From the IMG/VR virus record IMGVR_UViG_3300035208_001992: 64,000 nucleotides of DNA. The stretch is one strand, 5' to 3'. Shown here one piece after another: positions 46,216 through 56,998 of the stretch. Origin of the DNA: a virus. Lineage: Duplodnaviria > Heunggongvirae > Uroviricota > Caudoviricetes. A model generated the notes under the pieces. The model was not told the DNA's origin, made no database searches, and worked only from the letters and a program-made list of their open reading frames with translations. The position numbers and the translations under genes are program-made. How positions within the stretch are numbered: position 1 is the first letter of the stretch; every line of letters begins with the position of its first letter.

Positions 46216-46920
46216 TTACTCTGCAGCGACGCTGAGCTGCTGCGTGCAGAGGCCTTGGACCTCTGCATTGTCATGGAGCTCTGTCTTCAAGAAGAGCCAA
46301 TCGGCACGCTTGAGCGAACGAGAGTTGTCCGTGACCTTGTCGATCAGCGTGTCGCTGTCGATTGTCTTTTCCTGGTACTGCAGCACGAGGGCCTTGAGGA
46401 AGTCCTTGACCTGCGAAGCCGCAATCTGCTGCTCAGGCGCACCTGGCGTTAGATTGACAGTCTCGAAAGCAGGCTCCGACCTCATGGACTGCGGAAGCGC
46501 CACGTCGGAATCCTTCGAGAAGCGCGACGCTGTGATCTTCGCGGCCTTGGCGGCCTTGCGTGGATCACGAAGCTCTTCGAGCGCCTTTGTTGGGTCGACG
46601 AGGACGACAGTGCGGTTGTTGATGCTCTGGTCGAGATGAAACGATTCAGCGATCGACTTGTGAGGGACGACAGCTGAGATGTCCTGTGGAATGTCCGTGT
46701 TCTCGACGCGGAACGATTTCTTGCGGCCATCGGCCAGCTTGAAGTCGATCAGGATGACCGCGTTTGTCTTGACATTGTTCCGGACAAAGACCGGAAGTTC
46801 ATGTTTCACAAGAAACTTGACTGTGAGGTCTTCAGGATGATCTATCAAGTGCTTGAGCGCAAGCTCACGCGATTGAAGTTCGTCATGAAGCTTCTGCATG
46901 GGTGACATGTTTTCTGGCAT
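46216..46920 (-). CDS. hypothetical protein
   Basis: 234-aa ORF with strong codon bias. Confidence 0.75.
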   Translation of the reverse strand: MPENMSPMQKLHDELQSRELALKHLIDHPEDLTVKFLVKHELPVFVRNNVKTNAVILIDFKLADGRKKSFRVENTDIPQDISAVVPHKSIAESFHLDQSINNRTVVLVDPTKALEELRDPRKAAKAAKITASRFSKDSDVALPQSMRSEPAFETVNLTPGAPEQQIAASQVKDFLKALVLQYQEKTIDSDTLIDKVTDNSRSLKRADWLFLKTELHDNAEVQGLCTQQLSVAAE

Positions 46921-46996
46921 GGTATTTCTCTCTTGTTGGTTGTTTCAGTCGGTGAAATTGGTAAGTCGGTGAAGTTGTAAGTTGGTTCTCGGCCTC

Positions 46997-49900
46997 CTAG
47001 TTAGCGATGCCAAGGGCGTCATCACTCAGCTTGACCTTCAGTAGCCTGTAGACCCTGCTTGAGATCATGACTGGGTTTCTTAGTGGAGCTCGCAGCGACA
47101 GCCGCTTCACCTCACGTCCGATTCCTTTCTGAGTCACTTCCTTCCAGTAGTATGGTTGCATGCGTCGGAAGCCACAAGCGCTAAGCACCTGTGCTTGCTT
47201 TGCAGTGCAATCAGTTTGGATGATAAGCAACCGTTGATCAACGACGATGTAGCCCAAGTCAATCTCAACAGCACGTGCTGCAGTGATTGCGTTGTACACA
47301 GACACTGTTGCTGTCTGGTCTGGCTTCTCGATCCGTCGTAGAATCCGCATCACCTGCTTGAACTCAGGCGTGTCGAACTCGTCAATGTTTGTCAATGTAG
47401 CACCGCTACGCTGCAGACGCTTGAGCAATATCGGCAACTGAGCTTCAGTCGTGATTGGGAAGAACATGCTGTTGAACATCACGCGGTATCCAGGGATGCC
47501 CTTGATCTTCTTCCAAAGCGGATTGCTCTTTGTTGCTGGGACAACAAGCGTGATCAAACCGTTTTGGTCGCCAATCGCTACTTGCAATGTAGCAGGATCA
47601 TCAGTTAGCTTAGCGTCACGCTGCACTGGTCCTGAGATCGTGCGCTCATTGTCGCCAGGCTCTGGCGCTGGCTTACGCACGCGCTCTTCACCTGTACGGC
47701 GCTGCAGCGCTGCATCTTGCGTTGTTGTGAACTGCTTCGATGCGCGCTTGAACGACATCATCAAGCGGCGATCATCATCATTTGGATTGACGCGATTGTC
47801 ACTGATTGCTGAGTACACAGCGAGCACAGCCTTCGACTTCTTGAAGATCTGATGGAACTTGCCAATCATGACTGCTTCGTAGATCGTCGTCACAAGCGAG
47901 TTGTCGACGCTCAACGGGCGCTTTTCAAGGAACGTGGTCAGCTTCTGATCGAGCCCTTGCTTGCTAGCTGCACGAAGCAGCTTCACAATGCGTTGACGCA
48001 TGATCGTCTCTTCATCGTCCTGTCCGATGTCGCGAAGATCGCGTTCAGCGCGCTGCTCGATCTCTTCCTCAGACACGCGGTTAGTCTGTGGGATGGACAT
48101 CTCTTCTGGCTGAATGCCAGCAGTTGGCCATGGCTCGTAGACCTTGGATGAACCTGCAATGTCGCGATCTTCATGACGGATGTTGTCGTTGTCGAGACCA
48201 TAGAACGTCAAGCGGACGGGCTTCAGTTCACCAGCGCGCTTTTCATCGCGGATGTACATGTAGCCTTGCTTCTTGGCTGCAATGACATACACGACCTTGT
48301 TCTCGATGCTTGTGTTGGGCTCACGCGGAATAAACGTCGGTAAGCCGTGGAACGTGGTTTCACGTGAAGGCTCGCGAATTTCATTGCGACGATCCAATTG
48401 CTTCCACACGAACTTCAGCGGATCACGATCCATCTGCTCTTTGGTATCGCATAGCTTGAGCAAGTACGAAGCGCGCCAGACGTTAGACATCTTGAGCTCG
48501 TACTCGTAGATGCTCTGGTGCAGGTCAAGCAAGTTGACGCTGCGTTGTCCGCTGCTGTACGTGTAATTGACCAAGTTGTACTCGCCAGAGATCTCACCGC
48601 TCGGTCCAGCCGTCTGCGGATTGACTGTGATCTCTTCGATCCACTTGTTCGAGTCGAAGTCAGACGAGACCTTCTTGTTGACGTTCTCACGCGTGATGAG
48701 TCGAGCTAACATAGCAGGCTCGAAGCTCTTCGTGCACAAGATGTTGTCAACGTAAACGTTCTTCGTCTGGCCTGTACGGAAGGCACGTGCGATCGATTGA
48801 TCGAAGTCACCAGTGGTCCACGGAATCGTCAAGCGAATCACGCGGCTCACTGATTGCATGTTCACACCCTCTTTGATCGAATTCTCGACCGCACAGAGGA
48901 TGAATGGCGACTTGTTGTTCGGATCGCAGAACGCATCGAGATGCTCACGGTGCGCAGCGTCGTAGTAAGCAACGTCGCGATCAGTGAACCCGTTCTCTTT
49001 CAGGATACGCACCATGTGCTGCGCGATCAATGCGCGGTCACTCATGATGACGATCTTGCCGATCTTCTCGCTCTCGGGTCCAGCCTGTTCTGCTGGCACA
49101 ACGTAAGTGCCGCCTGTCGATGCGAAGTGCAATCGCACGCGTTCAAGCACCATATTGTCCTTGGGACCACGCAACAGGTCTTCGACGTTGAAGCTCATGC
49201 GTTCGCGAACGGTACGCAGTGCTTCAGTGAAGACCGGGAAGCGCTCAGGCGCCGACACTAACGCGCGAAGCGCCATGAGGCGTCCTGCAACAGTCGACGC
49301 TCGCATGTTTGTTGCAAGATCATTCGACTCGCTCTGCAAGCGTGCGATTTCGCGATCTTCGTCTTCGATCGTGTCGGTCTCATCAACGTCTTCGAGTCCG
49401 TTGTCGTTGTCGGTCTCATTGTTGATGTGACCACCAAGAGCTTCAGTGAATTCGGCTGGGAACTGTTCCTCAGTCGAATCCCAAAGCGTCTTGTAGATAT
49501 TGTAGACAACTGGAGCCTCTTGCTCGAAGTTAGCGAAGAAGAACTTCTCTTCCTTGCGAGGCATTTGGTACAGCCACTCTTCACGGCGCATCGTGATGAC
49601 GCCACGACGCTGGATGTACTGACGTAGCTCCTTGAGCTTGTCATGGTTCCAATCACGGCCGTTGTTCAACGTGTAGCGACGCTTGAAGTCAGCCACAGAA
49701 CCAAGCATCGTCGGGTCAATGAACTTCACCTGGTTGAACATGTCTTGCGGCGAGCGCGAGATGAACGTGCCAGTCATGATGAACTTGTACTTCACACGCG
49801 ATAGTGCCATACAGGCCTTGTGCGCGTAAGAACCAGTCTCGTAGTTGTTCTTGATCTTGTGCGATTCGTCAAGGAACACGATGTTGACGCCGGCTTTGCT

Positions 49901-52900
49901 CAACATGTCCTCGACTACGGGGAACATGTACTCGACCTTGTGATGCACCTTGCCGTTCTGGCCTTGGCGTGTCTCACCAGTGAAGATCTTCACAGCGCTA
50001 TTCGAGTCACCGAGATAGCTGTATGCTGTCAAGATCAGAGTGTTGTCTGGTGCGTCCTTGATGCTCTCCATGATTTCATTCGGAGACTTCAGCTGCTTCA
50101 TGCGCACGTTCTTGTTGCGCAATGTCACAACGTTCAGGCGAGCTGTACCAGCCTTGTTGTTAGGATCACGAGCCGTGAACTTCTTGATTTCGCGGTAGAA
50201 GTTCGTGATGAGTGCATCAGGCATCACGATGAGCGCGCGAGGCTTCACGCCTTGCTCACGCAACATCTCGATTCGACGAATGATGAGCAAGATGGAGATC
50301 AGAGTCTTACCACCGCCCATGTCGACGTCGAGCACGCCCTTGTCAAGCTGGCCAGCCATACCAAGTGCACGCACCTGGTGAGGCTTCAGTTTGAAGAACT
50401 CAGCAACGCCGCGTGAGTTGAGATAGCGACCAAGCCCAGGGAACTTCAGATCGAGGTCTGGATTCTCGAGTGCTTCGAGCTGCTTCTCGATCTTCTCCTT
50501 CGCTTCCTCATAAGGAGGGAAGTCGACGACGCTTTGCTGCGCTGCCATGAGCATCACGCGCAGTTGCGGGATGAACATGCGAGTTGCAAGCGACTTCAGG
50601 TCTTCATTGTCGTCTTCACCAATGAAGGTGTAACCGCGAGCAAGGGAAGATGCCTGTCCATCAATGACCGAGAACAATTTGAAGTACGTGTCGACCATGT
50701 TGTACAAGATTCGACTACCATTGTAAGATGCACGTAGCATCTCAACAGTGATCTCAATCAGGTCAGGCGTTGCGTTGTTAGACGCAGCAATCTGAGCCAT
50801 GCCTTCATCTCGCAACAGGCCACGTGCCCAATCGACACGTAGAGGCTCGAGGCTGATTCCGTACTCATTGGCACTCGCCTCGTAACGAGAGATCGCGTCA
50901 CGAATGTGCTTGCGCTCAAGCGCGACACCACGACTGTGCAAGTCAACGAAGTCGTAGTTGTTGAGTTCAGCAGCGTCATTGAACGTGCGAACGCGCAACT
51001 TGCCGTCTTCCTTCGTGTAGTAGTGGATCATCTTCTGATTGAAGTCCACGAACACAGTGCGACCGGCATACTTGCGCATGAGCTCAGACGAGTCAACTTC
51101 ATCCTTCAGCGACTTCGGCAATGTGCCAGTCACTTCGAAGTCAGGGAACTCAGTACGACGATCGATGTTCTCGGCAACAATGAAGTAGCCTAGCGAGTTC
51201 TTGATCAGCTGCGATTCGATGTTCGGATCATTTTGAGGAGCACGTAGCGAAAGCTCACGGTGCTCAATCATTGGATCGCCAGTGCGTAGCAAGTTGTTGA
51301 GGCAACTTGTGCTCAGGTCATTGATGTTAGACGCAGTGATGACGAATGCGTCATATGTTGCGACCTTCAGCTCTTCAATCTTCATGCCAACGATGCCCCA
51401 GAAACCAATCACCATGTAGCTGACGACTGTTCCAGAGTTTGTGTTCGGCTTGAATTTGTAGACACCAAAGTAGATGCCACCAGCACAGCCATTAGATGCA
51501 TCGCCGACGCGGCCGTTCTTGTTGGCTTCGCCCCAAAGTTCGATGGGGATCGTCCATTCAACCGTACCGTGCTCAGAGCCGTTCATGCTCTTGATGACGC
51601 GCAGTTCACCGGCGGACAACACAAGCTTCGGATCAGCCTTGAACTTGACAAGGTTGAGCTTGCGGAAAAAGCGCTGACGGATGTATTCAGAGCTTACGGC
51701 GTTGTCTTCAGAGTCATGACCCGTCGAATACGTGAAGTTAGCGCCCATGCTGATGCCAAGGCGCTCGTCTGCCTGGTTCTCACCTGGAGCAACGACTTGA
51801 GTCTTGCCAAGAGTGAAACCAATTGCAGCAGCCTGATGTCCATCGAAGAATGCAGCAACGTCTGACGCACTGCCGAACTTTGTGGTGTCAACAGCCTTTG
51901 AAGCGCCATGGACGATTGCCTTGTCGACTTGCTTCACAAGCTTGACGTCAATGCCATAGCGACGCACTGAACGCTTCTTGGACGCAACGTCACTTGAGCG
52001 CTCAGCATCATCTACGCCGTTGTTCTCGCCAGCAAGATCAGCAGCACTTTCGTCTTCTTCGCCTGCAGCCGGAGTGAGATCGAGATCTTCGATGTCTTCA
52101 GCGTCAACATCGACTGTGCGACGTGGCGCAGCTTCAACGAGCTGCATTTCAGTTTGCCGAGTGTCATCAACAAACGCAGTAGCGACGCTGCTAGGGCGAC
52201 GACGCTTCTGGTGATGGAAGTCTGTGTCGACTTGGCCAATCACACCACTGAGATTCTCGAGCCAACCGATATCTCCAGGGTTAGCCTTGTTGTCATCCAT
52301 GTACGACTTGAGCGCACCAGGAAGACGCTGCGCAACAGACCGAGCCATGAGCTTAGCACGCGTGAAACGATTCATGAGAGCCTTTTGGATCTCACGCACC
52401 TGATTGATCTCAAGCTGTGCTTCAGATCTTGTCTGCAGTTCTTCACGACGAGCAGCGCGACGAGCAGAACGAAGTGCTTCGCGCTTTGCTTGTTCACGCG
52501 AGCGCTCAAAGCGCTTCTTGTCTTTTACGCTCAGCTTATGCAAGCGCTCTGCTTCAAGCTCACGCGCGAGCTTCTCAGCGCGTGTTTCACGTACTGGAGC
52601 CACAGGCCTCTTCGGAGGTGCTTGCCGTGAGTTACGTACAGGTGCAGGAGCCGGTTTCGGAGCACGACGAGGCACGGGCACTGGCTTTGCTGGTGCTCTC
52701 TTTGGCGCGGCTTTTGGTGCTGGCTTTGGCGCAGGCTTTGGCAGTGGCTTTGTGCGCCTCACTGGTTCTGGCTCACGCATCGGTCTACGCGCAGCAGGCT
52801 TCATCGGTTTTGCTGGAGCCTTCTTTGGAGCAGGCTTTGGTACTGGCTTCGCAGAACGCTTCGGAGGTGGAGGCGCAGCACGACGTGCAGTGACAATCTT

Positions 52901-52915
52901 TTCAAGCGGCGTCAT
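46997..52915 (-). CDS. large SNF2-family (SF2) helicase/ATPase with Pro/Lys/Ala-rich N-terminus
   Basis: LKPHQ, DVDMGGGKT (motif I), LDESHKIKN (II), MTGTFI (III), EGVNMQ (V), QSIARAFRTGQ (VI). Confidence 0.88.
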   Translation of the reverse strand: MTPLEKIVTARRAAPPPPKRSAKPVPKPAPKKAPAKPMKPAARRPMREPEPVRRTKPLPKPAPKPAPKAAPKRAPAKPVPVPRRAPKPAPAPVRNSRQAPPKRPVAPVRETRAEKLARELEAERLHKLSVKDKKRFERSREQAKREALRSARRAARREELQTRSEAQLEINQVREIQKALMNRFTRAKLMARSVAQRLPGALKSYMDDNKANPGDIGWLENLSGVIGQVDTDFHHQKRRRPSSVATAFVDDTRQTEMQLVEAAPRRTVDVDAEDIEDLDLTPAAGEEDESAADLAGENNGVDDAERSSDVASKKRSVRRYGIDVKLVKQVDKAIVHGASKAVDTTKFGSASDVAAFFDGHQAAAIGFTLGKTQVVAPGENQADERLGISMGANFTYSTGHDSEDNAVSSEYIRQRFFRKLNLVKFKADPKLVLSAGELRVIKSMNGSEHGTVEWTIPIELWGEANKNGRVGDASNGCAGGIYFGVYKFKPNTNSGTVVSYMVIGFWGIVGMKIEELKVATYDAFVITASNINDLSTSCLNNLLRTGDPMIEHRELSLRAPQNDPNIESQLIKNSLGYFIVAENIDRRTEFPDFEVTGTLPKSLKDEVDSSELMRKYAGRTVFVDFNQKMIHYYTKEDGKLRVRTFNDAAELNNYDFVDLHSRGVALERKHIRDAISRYEASANEYGISLEPLRVDWARGLLRDEGMAQIAASNNATPDLIEITVEMLRASYNGSRILYNMVDTYFKLFSVIDGQASSLARGYTFIGEDDNEDLKSLATRMFIPQLRVMLMAAQQSVVDFPPYEEAKEKIEKQLEALENPDLDLKFPGLGRYLNSRGVAEFFKLKPHQVRALGMAGQLDKGVLDVDMGGGKTLISILLIIRRIEMLREQGVKPRALIVMPDALITNFYREIKKFTARDPNNKAGTARLNVVTLRNKNVRMKQLKSPNEIMESIKDAPDNTLILTAYSYLGDSNSAVKIFTGETRQGQNGKVHHKVEYMFPVVEDMLSKAGVNIVFLDESHKIKNNYETGSYAHKACMALSRVKYKFIMTGTFISRSPQDMFNQVKFIDPTMLGSVADFKRRYTLNNGRDWNHDKLKELRQYIQRRGVITMRREEWLYQMPRKEEKFFFANFEQEAPVVYNIYKTLWDSTEEQFPAEFTEALGGHINNETDNDNGLEDVDETDTIEDEDREIARLQSESNDLATNMRASTVAGRLMALRALVSAPERFPVFTEALRTVRERMSFNVEDLLRGPKDNMVLERVRLHFASTGGTYVVPAEQAGPESEKIGKIVIMSDRALIAQHMVRILKENGFTDRDVAYYDAAHREHLDAFCDPNNKSPFILCAVENSIKEGVNMQSVSRVIRLTIPWTTGDFDQSIARAFRTGQTKNVYVDNILCTKSFEPAMLARLITRENVNKKVSSDFDSNKWIEEITVNPQTAGPSGEISGEYNLVNYTYSSGQRSVNLLDLHQSIYEYELKMSNVWRASYLLKLCDTKEQMDRDPLKFVWKQLDRRNEIREPSRETTFHGLPTFIPREPNTSIENKVVYVIAAKKQGYMYIRDEKRAGELKPVRLTFYGLDNDNIRHEDRDIAGSSKVYEPWPTAGIQPEEMSIPQTNRVSEEEIEQRAERDLRDIGQDDEETIMRQRIVKLLRAASKQGLDQKLTTFLEKRPLSVDNSLVTTIYEAVMIGKFHQIFKKSKAVLAVYSAISDNRVNPNDDDRRLMMSFKRASKQFTTTQDAALQRRTGEERVRKPAPEPGDNERTISGPVQRDAKLTDDPATLQVAIGDQNGLITLVVPATKSNPLWKKIKGIPGYRVMFNSMFFPITTEAQLPILLKRLQRSGATLTNIDEFDTPEFKQVMRILRRIEKPDQTATVSVYNAITAARAVEIDLGYIVVDQRLLIIQTDCTAKQAQVLSACGFRRMQPYYWKEVTQKGIGREVKRLSLRAPLRNPVMISSRVYRLLKVKLSDDALGIAN

Positions 52916-52917
52916 TG

Positions 52918-53340
52918 TTAGGCTTCCTCTTCTACTGGACGCAGGAATTCTGCAGTTTCTTCATCGTCAGGCTGGCTTAGGGCAACGGCAGTTTTCAGCG
53001 CGTCAACATTGATCGCGCTTGCTTCACGCCATTTGCGGAATTCATCGAAGCTCTTGAAGTCCATGTCAAGCTCTTCGTTCAGATAATCAAGCGGTGACTG
53101 TGGCTCAACGCCGCGCAGTTCAGCTTGTTCATCATACAAGTCCTGTTGCGATTCAAGACGCTCAGCGTCTGCGAAACGAGGAACAGTGACTGAAAATTTG
53201 CGACACAAAGCGCGAATCTCTGCGCAGAACTGCTGTCTGCTATCTCGATCATACTTTACAAGGTCGTCCTCGCATGTGCAGATCAAGATGTTAGCCAGCT
53301 CCTTAGCGCTGGATACATCGCTGAATATCTTTTCAGTCAT
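52918..53340 (-). CDS. hypothetical protein
   Basis: AGGAG RBS. Confidence 0.7.
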   Translation of the reverse strand: MTEKIFSDVSSAKELANILICTCEDDLVKYDRDSRQQFCAEIRALCRKFSVTVPRFADAERLESQQDLYDEQAELRGVEPQSPLDYLNEELDMDFKSFDEFRKWREASAINVDALKTAVALSQPDDEETAEFLRPVEEEA

Positions 53341-53352
53341 GGCTGCTCCTGA

Positions 53353-53874
53353 TTACTGACGTAGGCCGAGTTCGGCGTCGAGTTGATCATTACTGCGAAG
53401 GCGTTCGATTTGTGTCCCGCCTGCAGCGATTTGTTGAAGCGACGTTGTCTGGTCGTGATCATGGTTGACGATCACGACCGCATGAATCTTGTCATTGAAC
53501 AACAGTCGACGATCTTGTAGCGACATCACCCACCACGCGTTCTTCATCTTTGGGAAGACGTAGCGCACGCCAGCATCATCTTCATATGAGTACATGCCAT
53601 GCGTCAAGTAGCAGATGTCGTTGCGGTCGATCTTCTTGATCGGTGTGAGTACGAAGATGCCCGACGAAGGCGATCCCTTCGTTACCATTGAGTCAATTGA
53701 TGCGAACCAAAACTCTTCGTCTGATGGAAGAATTCCGCGATATTGCGAATCAATGAAGCCGACTTTGCCAAGCGTCTTCGTGAGGATACGGTTCTTCGAG
53801 TGCGGGTTGTCGAGGTTCGCGCGAAACTTCACTAGCGAACTGACATTCCTAATTTTCCGATTGTCGGACATCAT
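53353..53874 (-). CDS. hypothetical protein
   Basis: AGGAG RBS. Confidence 0.7.
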   Translation of the reverse strand: MMSDNRKIRNVSSLVKFRANLDNPHSKNRILTKTLGKVGFIDSQYRGILPSDEEFWFASIDSMVTKGSPSSGIFVLTPIKKIDRNDICYLTHGMYSYEDDAGVRYVFPKMKNAWWVMSLQDRRLLFNDKIHAVVIVNHDHDQTTSLQQIAAGGTQIERLRSNDQLDAELGLRQ

Positions 53875-53910
53875 TGTATGGCTCCTGAGTTGTTAGTTGA
53901 GCGGCTTAAG

Positions 53911-54771
53911 TCAGGCCTTTGCTGGGCTTGTGACCATTTCATTTGTTGCACGAATTGAACCGAGTTGCGCGCTTGCACCTGCTTGTAAGATCACGTCGAA
54001 CGCGAGAGTAAATCGTTCCCAAGCGGTGATGCGATGACGAAGCAACGGGATCTTCCAAGTACCTGCTGCAAGTGATCCATTCAATGAACCATCTACAACC
54101 GAAACAATGTTTTCACCAGGGCGCTTGACATATGATCGCAAAAACGCTTGAGATGACAAACCAACGTCGATACGGATGCAACTCACTGGGTCACGATCAC
54201 ATTCGACTTCAAGTTCATATCGCCAAGTTCGCGTTGTCGACGTTGTGGAAGCAATTGTTGTCCACATATCGTTGTAGCTTATTGAAGCTTCAGCACTGCT
54301 ACCAATTGCGTTTTGTAGACTTTGGAAAAGTCCACGGCTACGGGCACTCGCAATGATACGTGAATCGCTTGCAACTGGAGCAGCTACGAGCATCTCAGTA
54401 GTAAGAGTTAGTCCCCCTCCTGGGTAGAAAATCCAACCAAGAACTACACGGAAATCATCTGCACCGATTTCGAGTGCGCCATCGATTATCTGCAATGATG
54501 GCTGCGCGTACAGCTGCGAATCCAGTTGCCAAACGATGGTCTTTACTGTTGCAGCATTGCCAAAGTCACCAAGACTGGACGCAACTGTATTTGCTTCACT
54601 ATAGAATACGCCTGCGCCAAAGATACCGCTGTTCGCGCCGACTTGCAGTTGGCCATCAGTGATTTGTAGCCAAGGCGCTGATACGAGACCAATGCGTTTG
54701 CCTGCAGCAATTGCGCGATTCAGCGTTGTTGCATGCGCGTCGACATTGCCAACGAGAAATGATGCTTCCAT
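53911..54771 (-). CDS. putative virion structural protein
   Basis: Beta-rich, G/A/S/T-rich composition; within block of large genes. Confidence 0.5.
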   Translation of the reverse strand: MEASFLVGNVDAHATTLNRAIAAGKRIGLVSAPWLQITDGQLQVGANSGIFGAGVFYSEANTVASSLGDFGNAATVKTIVWQLDSQLYAQPSLQIIDGALEIGADDFRVVLGWIFYPGGGLTLTTEMLVAAPVASDSRIIASARSRGLFQSLQNAIGSSAEASISYNDMWTTIASTTSTTRTWRYELEVECDRDPVSCIRIDVGLSSQAFLRSYVKRPGENIVSVVDGSLNGSLAAGTWKIPLLRHRITAWERFTLAFDVILQAGASAQLGSIRATNEMVTSPAKA

Positions 54772-54789
54772 TTGTAGCTTGTCCTGTTG

Positions 54790-56997
54790 TTAGAACGGTT
54801 GAATCACGTATTGATCATCGACAGTTGACGGCCGCACAAAGTAGGCAGCAAAGCCACGGCAACGACCTGAGATGACGAATGAGACAGATTCCCAAGCACC
54901 ATCTATGAATCCAGCAAATAGACTTCCAGTGCAATCATCAGCAAGCGGCACAAGCACTGCTTCTGCGCGATCACCACTTGCGCGACGAATTACGATGCGC
55001 ACTGATCCCTTCTTTGCATAGTTCTGGTCAGTGCCAAATAAAACCACAACAAGCCTTAGCCACTCAGCTGGATTGACGCGAAGTGGAATTTGACGTGACC
55101 GATAGCATTGCGCAACGCCACTTGAGTCTGCAAGCTTTGCGTCAATTACTGGCGTGTTGATTTCACCGCGACCATCCCAATCGATAGTATCAGCTGCAAT
55201 CACTGTCGGCTGCAAGAAGTCTTCAGCCACAACAAGCTGCGCGCGTTGACCGAGACCAAGCGCGTTGTCGATGCCTGGCATCACTTCAGCTGCTTGCTGT
55301 AAGCTTGTGTATCCGTGTTTGCCATCGCGCACAACTGTGAGCACACGTCGCTCGTCGAGCACACTTGTTAGCTTGACACCATCCCAAAAGGCAGATGCAA
55401 GTTGAGCGGTCTTTGCATATGTTGCTTCTTGCTTCAGCATCACAGCAAATAGCGCAGCGCCAACGTTGTCCATTGCGTATTCAGCTGTGTTCAACGCAGT
55501 GACTGAATCGACGCTTGCATATACGTTCTTTGTGAAGTGCACTTGCTTTGGCTCTTCGTAATCGGCCGGCACAGCTGCATCGATCCAGCTGTCGACGTCA
55601 AAGACGAGAACCTCATCTTGATTCAGGCCGTTCACGTCCGTGCCTTCGATTCTGAACGCAACAGTCGACGCAGGATTTGGTGGCATATCTGTCAACGCAA
55701 TTCCAACGCGTCCTGGAGAAGGAATGCTTGTGTCAATCTCGTACCTGACGTTAGCGCTTTGCAGCACTTCAGTGAAAGCCATCACTATTGTTGGATCGAT
55801 GTAGACTTGACCGTTCGTTCCTGCATGGAACGTCAACTGACGAGGCACTGCACCGTACTTGCGTACTGGAACTGTTGTACGCAACAACGCGGTCTTTGCA
55901 AGGCCACCAGTGATCACGATATCATCGTTCGCCACAGCATTGAATGTCACCGAGGTGTTGTCGTACTTTTGCACTGAGCCAGTTGCTGTGCGGCAATACA
56001 CAATCACAAGATCATGCGTTGGACGCGAGTTGATGAGCAGCAACACGTTCTTCGTGCCAGCAATCCAATCAATCGCGATCTCTTGATCACCAGCATAGGC
56101 ACGGAATATGACGTTAGCCATAGTCGTGAGTTCGACGTAGAAGCAGCTCGGTTTCGAGAACCAAGAACGACGCGTCACAGACCCATCAGTGTCGATCTTG
56201 ATTGCGCTTGGCGCGAAAGTGTCACTACAGATGTAGCCAGATATTCCTGGCACAGACTGAGCGCTGCTCAAGATCATGCCAGAATTCGTGAGTTGGTCAT
56301 ATGGCTTTAGCCGACCAACAGACAAGTCATTGATGTCAATTCCATGTGGGTTGCGCACTGTAGGTGTGCCTGAACCAACATAGTTTCGGTGCACAATATC
56401 GCATGCGCTGAACCACGGACGATTCCAAGAATAGCCGTTTGAGTTGTCAGTGATCAGCAGCGGAATGTCTCCATCGGACCAGATCACAACGCCGAGCACA
56501 ACCATCGAATCAAGCACATCACGCGTGAATAGCGTCGAATCGTAGTAGTCGCTAAGCAGCACAGTTGACACAACCACAGACTGGACGAAGCCAACGCTTA
56601 CCGTCTGTCCATCAGTCGTCAACGCGAGCTCATCAGAACGCTTCTCTGTTCGTTGGACATATACGAGCGTTTCTGAACCGCGCGATATCCCTGTTAGCGT
56701 AGCAGTTGTTGCTTCATTCAACGTGATCACGTCGCCTATTGGCGTGACTGCAGAGCCAGGAAACACAGTGACTTTCGAGTAGTCACTTGTATTGAGCACA
56801 GGCCAAAGTGGACGAGCTGTCCCATCAGCATTGTAGCGTGGATCAACAGCGTCGACAATGCCGTAGCCATTGTTCGACATGAAGCGCGTGCGCTCACGCA
56901 TTGAATCTTGCAAGAACATCAAGTGCCGACTAAGTGAATCAGGTGTCATGACTCCTGCGGCAGTATTCACAGACGACAAGAGGCTAGGCTCACTCAT
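54790..56997 (-). CDS. putative virion structural (baseplate/tail) protein
   Basis: 735 aa; V.PG.A..P.G..I and NPHG motifs typical of tail/baseplate proteins. Confidence 0.55.
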   Translation of the reverse strand: MSEPSLLSSVNTAAGVMTPDSLSRHLMFLQDSMRERTRFMSNNGYGIVDAVDPRYNADGTARPLWPVLNTSDYSKVTVFPGSAVTPIGDVITLNEATTATLTGISRGSETLVYVQRTEKRSDELALTTDGQTVSVGFVQSVVVSTVLLSDYYDSTLFTRDVLDSMVVLGVVIWSDGDIPLLITDNSNGYSWNRPWFSACDIVHRNYVGSGTPTVRNPHGIDINDLSVGRLKPYDQLTNSGMILSSAQSVPGISGYICSDTFAPSAIKIDTDGSVTRRSWFSKPSCFYVELTTMANVIFRAYAGDQEIAIDWIAGTKNVLLLINSRPTHDLVIVYCRTATGSVQKYDNTSVTFNAVANDDIVITGGLAKTALLRTTVPVRKYGAVPRQLTFHAGTNGQVYIDPTIVMAFTEVLQSANVRYEIDTSIPSPGRVGIALTDMPPNPASTVAFRIEGTDVNGLNQDEVLVFDVDSWIDAAVPADYEEPKQVHFTKNVYASVDSVTALNTAEYAMDNVGAALFAVMLKQEATYAKTAQLASAFWDGVKLTSVLDERRVLTVVRDGKHGYTSLQQAAEVMPGIDNALGLGQRAQLVVAEDFLQPTVIAADTIDWDGRGEINTPVIDAKLADSSGVAQCYRSRQIPLRVNPAEWLRLVVVLFGTDQNYAKKGSVRIVIRRASGDRAEAVLVPLADDCTGSLFAGFIDGAWESVSFVISGRCRGFAAYFVRPSTVDDQYVIQPF

Positions 56998-56998
56998 C

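Noticed and set aside
39759-52893. Long + strand ORFs antisense to nrdJ, 43239-44045 and the SNF2 gene (e.g. 39759-40355, 43206-44015, 49820-50416, 52404-53012)
   Set aside because: Shadow ORFs produced by codon bias of the - strand genes; no RBS or motif support
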